The notes beneath the pieces are model-generated. The model was not told the DNA's origin, did no database searches, and saw only the letters and a program-made list of their open reading frames with translations. The translations under genes and the position numbers were made by a program. DNA of 64,000 bases from Promethearchaeota archaeon (GTDB lineage: Archaea; Asgardarchaeota; Lokiarchaeia; Sigyniarchaeales; SOKP01): NCBI GenBank assembly GCA_019894975.1, contig JAGXNO010000008.1, positions 8,294-72,293 on the forward strand, read 5' to 3'. Shown here piece after piece: positions 56,892 to 64,000 of the stretch (the first letter of the stretch is position 1; the number at the start of each line of letters is the position of its first letter).

Positions 56892-58142
56892 ATGTTTACA
56901 AAAATCAAACGTGTATATAATGAATACCCTAGTGCATTTAAAGTGCTGACTCTAGCTACATTCATTGATATGCTAGGCTCCTTTTTGTTATATCCCTTTT
57001 ATGCTCTCTATATAACTGCCCATTTTGGTGTAGGGATGACCGAGGTAGGGATTCTATTTTCGATCTTCTCAGCAGGAAATATATTTGGGGGTATTATCGG
57101 AGGAGCCTTAGCAGATAAGTATGGTCGTCGTGTGATGGTTATAATTGGGTTGGTGGTAAGCGGAACAGGAAGTATATTCATGGGTTTAGTTGACGATTTA
57201 GTATTATTTTATGTAATTGCCGGATTTTTAGGATTAGTTGGCAATTTTGGAGGTCCTGCAAGGCAAGCGATGGTAGTAGATTTACTTCCAAAAGAAAAAC
57301 AAGCAGAAGGATTTGGAATTCTGAGAATAGCATTCAACGTTTCTGCATCGGTGGGTCCTATTCTCGGCGGTTTTTTAGCAACGAGGTCATTCATGCTTTT
57401 ATTCATAGCAGATGCTATAAGTAGTTTGGTTACTGCGGGGATAGTATATCTTGTCATTCCAGAAACTAAACCACAAAATTTAGAGGGAAAACAGGAAGAA
57501 AGTATAATAAAAACCCTAAAAGGATACAAAGTGGTTTTAAAGGACGGTTTATTTGTATTGTTTCTCTTAATCTCTGCTATAACGGTGTTAGTATACATGC
57601 AAATGAACAGTACTCTTTCGGTATTTTTACGGGACGAACATGGGTTTTCAGCGCAGAATTTTGGTTTCTTACTCAGTATGAATGCACTCATAGTTGTTTT
57701 CTTTCAATTTTGGATAACAAGGAAGGTATCAAAGTATGCTCCAATGAAGATGATGGCGTTCGGAACGTTATTCTATATGATTGGATTTGCTATGTATGGT
57801 TTTATTTCTGCAACATACATGTTTTTTATTGCAATGATCATCATTACAATTGGTGAAATGATTGTGAGCCCAGTATCGCAGGCAGCGGCGGCTTCCTTTG
57901 CTCCAGAAGATAAGCGAGGAAGATACATGGCCGTTTTTAGTTTTCAATGGGCTATCCCAAACCTTTTTGGAGTAATACTCGCCGGAATAGTGATGGAAAG
58001 CCTTGGACCAAACTGGGTTTGGTATTTTGCAGGGATCTTGAGTATGTTCGCAATACTTGGATTTTGGCTGCTTCATGGCATAGCTAAACATCGGTTTTTA
58101 AAAGAAGAGTTGCCTTTAGAAGAAGAAGTCATAATAGGATAA
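56892..58142 (+). CDS. Major facilitator superfamily transporter
   Basis: About 12 TM. The GALADKYGRRVMV loop 2-3 motif (G-x-x-x-D-+-x-G-R-+) is present, with a second copy PEDKRGRYMAV in the C-terminal half. Confidence 0.85.
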   Translation: MFTKIKRVYNEYPSAFKVLTLATFIDMLGSFLLYPFYALYITAHFGVGMTEVGILFSIFSAGNIFGGIIGGALADKYGRRVMVIIGLVVSGTGSIFMGLVDDLVLFYVIAGFLGLVGNFGGPARQAMVVDLLPKEKQAEGFGILRIAFNVSASVGPILGGFLATRSFMLLFIADAISSLVTAGIVYLVIPETKPQNLEGKQEESIIKTLKGYKVVLKDGLFVLFLLISAITVLVYMQMNSTLSVFLRDEHGFSAQNFGFLLSMNALIVVFFQFWITRKVSKYAPMKMMAFGTLFYMIGFAMYGFISATYMFFIAMIIITIGEMIVSPVSQAAAASFAPEDKRGRYMAVFSFQWAIPNLFGVILAGIVMESLGPNWVWYFAGILSMFAILGFWLLHGIAKHRFLKEELPLEEEVIIG

Positions 58143-58144
58143 GA

Positions 58145-59296
58145 TTAATTCTCAACCTCAAATATAATTTTGAGATATTCATATTTAGAATTAAGTAATT
58201 TTAGGATCTTTTCAACAAAGGATCTTAAATTAGAGACCTGAGTTGGTTTTTCATCAACTTGTTCAAGTAAAAATTCATGTAACATATTTCTAGTATTGTC
58301 TGGGCCATTTTCTTCTAAATAGTTCGTCCAATGAATTGAAGTTCTACAAATTCTTTTTAAAACTTCATCAGGATATTCAATTTTATCGAAAATTTTATCA
58401 TGATATTTCGCTAAAGCATTACTAAGTCTTTCTAAGTGATCAGCAATACCAAAGGAATATCTACATAAACTAATTATATTTGAAGTAATTCTAGTGCTTC
58501 TAGTATTAGTCGCGGCTTCGAATGAGACCCATACTTCATTCCATTCATTTTTATTTCTCCCAGCTGATCCATCATTAAAAAGAGCAACATTGATTATATC
58601 GCTAAGATCAACATCGTGTCCCCTCTTAAGTTTCTTATTAAATATCTCTTTGAGCCTGGTACCTTCTAAATAACTTCCGGCGCCAAAATCGAGCAATTGA
58701 TTGAGGTTATTAGCCGCGCAAAGAGCTTCATGTCTTGTTTCACCGGTATCAGGGTTAACCCATTCTACACGTTTTTCCCATTCTCCTGTCTCTTTGTTTT
58801 TTATCCAGCCCATTTCCCTTAATACATGATCTAATAAATGAACCTGAAAAGACCAAAAATCTATATCGTCCGTGAAACGTTTTCTTCTCCAATCTCTGGT
58901 TGTGTATTTTCCTAAATATAATTTCAGAGTTCCACGTACTAATTCGAACTTTCCATCTTTCAATGTCTCGTAAGCATTTTTGTAATACACATTTTCTGGC
59001 TCATTTGAAATTTTTACAATTCTGTTAATGACCTTTCGCGCTTCTCCTGCCACTACATCACATGGTATACTCCCATCAGAAGGATATGACCTAGATCCCC
59101 CATCTAAAAAGTTTTTAAATAAAACTAAATCATTAACTGGTATTTTATACCAAGGATTATTGAATAATAATTTACTGAATACATAATGTGTGAAATCTTG
59201 CTCATCCACTTTAGTTTTTCCAGGTAAAGGAGAGACATCTCTTAATTTATCTCCTTTTTGAACAGCATCGGCTTTAATATCCCAAATTGTGGTCAT
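58145..59296 (-). CDS. Hypothetical protein (possible nucleotidyltransferase-fold motif)
   Basis: 383-aa ORF somewhat richer in GC than its neighbours. LGKYTTRDWRRKRFTDDIDFW could be a G-x(n)-D-x-D NTase signature. No confident family match. Confidence 0.4.
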   Translation of the reverse strand: MTTIWDIKADAVQKGDKLRDVSPLPGKTKVDEQDFTHYVFSKLLFNNPWYKIPVNDLVLFKNFLDGGSRSYPSDGSIPCDVVAGEARKVINRIVKISNEPENVYYKNAYETLKDGKFELVRGTLKLYLGKYTTRDWRRKRFTDDIDFWSFQVHLLDHVLREMGWIKNKETGEWEKRVEWVNPDTGETRHEALCAANNLNQLLDFGAGSYLEGTRLKEIFNKKLKRGHDVDLSDIINVALFNDGSAGRNKNEWNEVWVSFEAATNTRSTRITSNIISLCRYSFGIADHLERLSNALAKYHDKIFDKIEYPDEVLKRICRTSIHWTNYLEENGPDNTRNMLHEFLLEQVDEKPTQVSNLRSFVEKILKLLNSKYEYLKIIFEVEN

Positions 59297-59410
59297 ACGA
59301 GATAGTATATTGAATGTAGTTTTTAAAAATTGTTAATTTAAAATATAAAATTAATTTTTAAACTTAGAATCTATTGATAATATAACTTAAAACACGAAAA
59401 ACTGAAAAAA

Positions 59411-60091
59411 ATGGATATCTTTAGTATTTTTACTTTAACCCCATGGGATTCACTTAATCTAAAAACCTTAACAGAAGTGAAATTATATTCCTTGAAAAAT
59501 ATTTTTAAAAGATTTCCTGTAGTTGAACCAGGATTCTTTGATGATATACTCTCGAATCTCTATAAATTCAAACATTATTCATGGGTTGAAAGCATTAAAA
59601 GAATTGTAGGGCCTGGCGGTGAAGATTATGACATAAAGCCATGGAATCTATTATGGGGAATGGATAATGAAAGAAGAATTTTTCAATTTCTGTTTCAAAA
59701 AGTAAAAAACGAATTTAAAGACTCACAAGCCACATTGGTAGCTATAGCACCCCCTGAATTAGGGCTATTATTTAAAGATCATAAATCAGATGCTATATTA
59801 AGAACATTATCTTTACTTGCAAATCCTAAAAAAATGAAATTCTTAATGGTTTTAGCACCTAAGGGAAAATCAGTTGCCGAAGAACAACAATTGCTCCAAG
59901 TAAATAGGAATAATTTGGAAAAATTAAAGTTTAATAATATACTCAAACAAATGCCGAATATTCAAGGACAGTGGTTCCCTGAATATTCTCCATGTTGTCC
60001 TAATTGTAATAAATTAGTCACACAGATAAAGGGTTTTAACGTGGGTCTTCTTAAATTTAAGTGTCCTTATTGTGGATATGAAAAAATATAG
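59411..60091 (+). CDS. Hypothetical protein with a C-terminal zinc ribbon
   Basis: 226 aa ending CCPNCNKLVTQIKGFNVGLLKFKCPYCGYEK. Divergently transcribed from 58145..59296. Confidence 0.4.
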   Translation: MDIFSIFTLTPWDSLNLKTLTEVKLYSLKNIFKRFPVVEPGFFDDILSNLYKFKHYSWVESIKRIVGPGGEDYDIKPWNLLWGMDNERRIFQFLFQKVKNEFKDSQATLVAIAPPELGLLFKDHKSDAILRTLSLLANPKKMKFLMVLAPKGKSVAEEQQLLQVNRNNLEKLKFNNILKQMPNIQGQWFPEYSPCCPNCNKLVTQIKGFNVGLLKFKCPYCGYEKI

Positions 60092-60192
60092 CAATAAAAC
60101 CTAATTTCTCAAGATCATTAATAACGATTTTATTAAATAATTCGATATATATCTTATTAATATAAATAAGAATAATCGAAGGTAATTCAATT

Positions 60193-61731
60193 TTGTTTGT
60201 AGCTGCATTAGATTTAGGTACAACAGGTTGTAGAACTTATATTTTTGATTTAGTAGGGACTATTATTGCTAGTGATTATCAGGAATGGCAAAGTTTTTAC
60301 CCTTCTCCCTCATTTGTAGAACAAGATGCTAATGTATGGTGGGATTCTCTTAAAAAAACCATAGAAGGAGCGATTAAGAAAAGTGGGATTGATAAAACTG
60401 ATATTGTAAGTCTTTCAGTCACTAATCAAAGAGAAACTATTGTACCCGTTGATAAAGAAGGAAACCCTCTTCATAATGCGTTAGTGTGGCAAGATAGAAG
60501 AACAATAGATCAAGTAAATTATATTGAGAAACAGGTGGGTACAGATACAGTGTATAATACTACGGGATTAACCATCGATCCTTATTTTTCTGCCACCAAA
60601 ATTCTTTGGTTTAAAGACAAAAAACCTGAAATTTATCAAAAAACCCATAAATTCCTACTTGTTGCAGATTTTATAATTCATAAATTAACAGGTAAATTTT
60701 GTACTGACTTCTCAAATGCCTCCCGTACGATGCTATTTGATATAATTAATATGAAATATTCAGAAAATATTGCTTCTGAATTAGAAATTGATTTAGATAA
60801 AATGCCAGAAACACTCAAAAGTGGTTTAGATATTGGAGAAATAGTAACCGATGAAACTTTATTCGACAAGAAAACATTAGTGGTAACAGGGGCAGGAGAT
60901 CAACAATCTGCTGCTTTGGGAGTTGGAGTTGTCAGACCTGGTGAAATTAAATGTACTACAGGAACGGGGAGTTTTATTCTAGCATTTCTAACAAAACCAA
61001 ATTTCGATCCCCAAAAACGAGTTTTATGCAGTTGCCATGCGGTTCCAAATACATGGGTTCAAGAGGCAAGTATTTTTACATCTGGGGCAACTTTAAGATG
61101 GCTTAGAGATCAGATTGGGTTAGCTGAAAGTGAGATTGCTGAAGAAAAAGGGCAAAATCCTTATGATGTTATGATAGCTCAAGCTGCAGAATCTCCAATA
61201 GGGGCAAATGGGTTGATTCTAATTCCACATTTAGTGGGTGCTGGCGCTCCACACTGGAATCCTCATGCTAGAGGAGTATTATTTGGATTAGCTTTAGGGC
61301 ATCAGCGTAAAGATTTATATAGGGCAGTACTAGAAGGAGTTGGTTTTGAACTTCGTAAAAATATTGAAGTTTTCAAAGAGCTTGGAATCGAACCAAAAGA
61401 ATTGAAATTAACTGGAGGTGGATCACGTTCAGATTTATGGAATCAAATATATAGTGACATTTTAGGAATAACTTGTGTAAGAAACATCATTGAAGAAGCG
61501 ACATCGCTAGGTGCGGCCATTCTTGCTGCCTCAGGGGCAGGGATATTTCCAGATATTTCAAAAGCCGCAGAAAATCTGTGTAAGACAGATAAAAAATGGA
61601 ATCCTAATGGAGATCGTCAACAATCCTATGAAGAGTTATATAGATACTCCTGTGAATTGTATACTATTTTAGAAAATAACAGTCTGTATAAGAAGTTAAA
61701 CGATATATCCACTAAACTAGAGATAAAATAA
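60193..61731 (+). CDS. FGGY-family carbohydrate kinase (glycerol kinase / xylulokinase-like)
   Basis: ALDLGTTGCRTYIF, VTNQRETIV, LVWQDRRT, GAGDQQSAALG and LTGGGSRSDLWNQIYSDILG motifs. TTG start. Confidence 0.85.
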   Translation: MFVAALDLGTTGCRTYIFDLVGTIIASDYQEWQSFYPSPSFVEQDANVWWDSLKKTIEGAIKKSGIDKTDIVSLSVTNQRETIVPVDKEGNPLHNALVWQDRRTIDQVNYIEKQVGTDTVYNTTGLTIDPYFSATKILWFKDKKPEIYQKTHKFLLVADFIIHKLTGKFCTDFSNASRTMLFDIINMKYSENIASELEIDLDKMPETLKSGLDIGEIVTDETLFDKKTLVVTGAGDQQSAALGVGVVRPGEIKCTTGTGSFILAFLTKPNFDPQKRVLCSCHAVPNTWVQEASIFTSGATLRWLRDQIGLAESEIAEEKGQNPYDVMIAQAAESPIGANGLILIPHLVGAGAPHWNPHARGVLFGLALGHQRKDLYRAVLEGVGFELRKNIEVFKELGIEPKELKLTGGGSRSDLWNQIYSDILGITCVRNIIEEATSLGAAILAASGAGIFPDISKAAENLCKTDKKWNPNGDRQQSYEELYRYSCELYTILENNSLYKKLNDISTKLEIK

Positions 61732-61868
61732 TTCTCTAAATTTAATTTATATCTAAATCAACATCTTAATCATCAATTTTATATAGCTTAATTGTTATTT
61801 TTTCTTTAATCATAAATACCTAGTGTTGTTTGGAAGCGATTTTCTTCTCTTACAAAAACTCTAACAAA

Positions 61869-62486
61869 ATGGATGTGAAATATATGGAAAGTGAATCTTC
61901 AACCCCGATTAAAGAGTATAATAAAACACAAAGGATTGTCTCAGGAATTTTTTATGCACTAATTGTAATAGCTAGTCTGGTTTCAATAGGAGGGGTGGTA
62001 TGGACTTTTGCGGATATATTCCTTGGAACAACAGGTAAATTTGAAATGTTCTTAGCTCTAAATTTAGGTTATAAAATAGCGATAATTGGAGGTCTTTTAG
62101 CCGGACTATTCTTCTTATTAGTTTTCTTCTATGGATTATTCAAAAAAACTTCAAAGTCATTGATGGTATTCATTTATAAAAAAAGAGAACTTGAGGAAAG
62201 ATATCAAAATCGAAGGGGTGTGAAAATTGTTGTGGGGGGGCTATTAATAAGTTTAATAGTGATTATTGTTGGATTTGTGTTAGGTCCTATTTGGGATCTA
62301 ATCACAGGAGCTTCAGAAGATTCAGAGTCAATTTTTACATTTCTAGGAAGTATGGGACCATGGGTGCTTTTAGTAGGGGTTGGTACTTTTCTAGTTATTG
62401 GTGCATCGCTCTTTATGATTTATTTTTGGAAAAATGGATATTATCTAATTTTAAGACTTTTAGGCGGTCTAGAAAAAGAAGAATAG
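61869..62486 (+). CDS. Membrane protein (4 TM), function unknown
   Basis: Four long hydrophobic helices. Start placed at the first ATG in the frame. Confidence 0.5.
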   Translation: MDVKYMESESSTPIKEYNKTQRIVSGIFYALIVIASLVSIGGVVWTFADIFLGTTGKFEMFLALNLGYKIAIIGGLLAGLFFLLVFFYGLFKKTSKSLMVFIYKKRELEERYQNRRGVKIVVGGLLISLIVIIVGFVLGPIWDLITGASEDSESIFTFLGSMGPWVLLVGVGTFLVIGASLFMIYFWKNGYYLILRLLGGLEKEE

Positions 62487-62604
62487 TTTCAAATCTTTTT
62501 TTTAAATCAGAAAATTCTTGCTCTTATATTTCTTTTATTTCCTTTTATTCTCTTATAAGATTAAATTAGTTTCTTTTATATTTACAACACTTCCTGTTTA
62601 GAAA

Positions 62605-64000
62605 ATGGTAACAAAAGCCGGAACAGTTTTTAATTATTTACAATTACCAGATGTGTCTCAGTTCCCTTTTGTAATAAGTAAAAGAGTAGATAATGTATTT
62701 ATCCGAAAGGGATTATTTGTATTTACCAAATCTAATGAAGGATTTTTAATTGGGATTATTGAGCGAATAATCTTACTAAATGAATACTTTACTGATGCTT
62801 TAACAATTAAAGCATATAATACCAATACTAATCCAAATATATTAAAAGGTCTTTTTCCAAGCGAAGATTTTGAATTTGCGATAGCGATTGTAAAAAGTCT
62901 GGGAATAATAAAATTTAAGGGTAAATCAAGCAATAAAATAGAAAAGATTCTAAGAATGACCTATCCCGCAAGTCCGGGAAGAGATGTGTATATTGTAGAG
63001 GAGGACATTCTCAACGAATTTATAGGATTTGAACAAAAAAATGGATTAGAGGTTGGAAGAGTTAAAGTCACTCACACAATGGCAAAAATTAACATGAGTA
63101 GATTGTTAAACAAGCATTTTGCAATTCTCTCAATTTCGGGGGGTGGAAAGAGCTATCTTACTTCTATACTTATTGAAGAATTATTAAAGAGAGATGCAGA
63201 ATATGGCACTCCCGCAATTATTTTATTTGACGTTCATGGGGAATATTCTTATTTAAAGGAGATCCCAGAATTAAAAGATAAGGTAAGTGTTCAAGATATC
63301 TCCTATTTTCAAATTTCTGTTCCTAAAATGCCCTTATACACCTTCAAGAAATACCAAGAAGATATTTCAAATGTTCAAATAAGAGAATTAGCAAAATTTA
63401 TTAAAAAACTCAAGAAAGATGAATCAAAGAAAAAGGGATATACTATAGGCGATATCATTGAAGCTCTCGAAAATGAATTGGAAGGGAATAAAAACTCTCG
63501 ACAAGCGTTAATAGGATGGTTGTCTAATTTAGAAAGGTTAACTATTTTCGGATCCCAAGAGAACCCGATTTTGGATAACATCATTGAAAAACAAAAATTG
63601 ATAATTTTTAATCTTCAAAAGGAAGTAAGCATTAGAAAGAAGCAAATTATGGTTGATTATATTTGTACTCGCTTATTTAATCTAAGAAGATTAAACAAAA
63701 TTCCTCCTTTTTTACTGATTATTGAGGAGGCACACCAGTTCTGTCCAGAAGCAGCTCATTCTAAGGCAATATCTAAACCCATAATTGAAACGATTGCAAG
63801 AGAAGGGAGAAAGTTTATGTCTTGTTTATGTTTAATCAGCCAGAGACCAAAAAGATTGAGTACAACTGCCCTTTCTCAATGCAATTCAAAAATGGTACTG
63901 AATATAAAAAATCCATATGATATAAAACATCTTATGGATAGTTCTGAATCAATTACAAAAGAATATGGGAATATGATCTCAAGTTTAGGTGTAGGTGAAA
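62605..64000 (+). CDS. herA: HerA-type (DUF87) hexameric ATPase/helicase, 3' end beyond the window
   Basis: My own translation from the ATG at 62605 stays open to the window edge. Walker A SISGGGKSYL, Walker B FLLIIEEAHQF, then REGRKFMSCLCLISQRP. Not in the ORF track because it has no stop. Confidence 0.8.
   Translation, partial: MVTKAGTVFNYLQLPDVSQFPFVISKRVDNVFIRKGLFVFTKSNEGFLIGIIERIILLNEYFTDALTIKAYNTNTNPNILKGLFPSEDFEFAIAIVKSLGIIKFKGKSSNKIEKILRMTYPASPGRDVYIVEEDILNEFIGFEQKNGLEVGRVKVTHTMAKINMSRLLNKHFAILSISGGGKSYLTSILIEELLKRDAEYGTPAIILFDVHGEYSYLKEIPELKDKVSVQDISYFQISVPKMPLYTFKKYQEDISNVQIRELAKFIKKLKKDESKKKGYTIGDIIEALENELEGNKNSRQALIGWLSNLERLTIFGSQENPILDNIIEKQKLIIFNLQKEVSIRKKQIMVDYICTRLFNLRRLNKIPPFLLIIEEAHQFCPEAAHSKAISKPIIETIAREGRKFMSCLCLISQRPKRLSTTALSQCNSKMVLNIKNPYDIKHLMDSSESITKEYGNMISSLGVGE

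Noticed and set aside
57209-58091. Minus-strand ORFs 57209..57691 and 57768..58091 inside the MFS transporter gene
   Set aside because: They are antisense to a 12-TM transporter with MFS loop motifs. No independent support.

Overview
Low-GC archaeal chromosome segment: spot counts on 60-nt lines give about 22-35% GC over most of the window. Gene content points to an Asgard (Lokiarchaeia-like) archaeon. It includes a profilin-like protein, a Rab-like small GTPase, a Roadblock/LC7 protein, an SDS22-type LRR protein, ZPR1, Hef, and the archaeal proteasome-exosome superoperon (psmA, SBDS, rrp4, rrp41, rrp42, eL43, Pcc1, prefoldin beta). Most of the rest is housekeeping: purB and a purM-like gene, nadC, porGDAB, PFK, an ECF transporter, TldD/PmbA, Dpo4, Sua5 and a HerA gene cut off by the right edge. 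There are five tRNA genes, three with introns (four introns in total, three at non-canonical positions). The strongest finding is a 31-nt insert (15850..15880) that splits a UDP-glucuronate decarboxylase-like gene into two frames. The insert is bounded by a near-textbook bulge-helix-bulge motif, and the predicted endonuclease cuts rejoin the frame exactly to give the conserved GHVNPVGPRSCYDE motif, so this looks like a tRNA-type intron in an mRNA. Other findings: a GC-rich, probably horizontally acquired PEP-utilising enzyme gene with a single in-frame TAA; an RGG tandem repeat inside Rrp4; two unusual fusion enzymes (DapA-like plus APH-type kinase, and 2-hydroxyacid dehydrogenase plus class II aldolase) next to an SCP2 gene; t6A genes (Pcc1, Cgi121, Sua5) clustered together; and a small decayed PIN/nuclease patch. 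No CRISPR array, rRNA gene or clear transposase was seen. All family calls come from reading motifs by eye; no database search was run.
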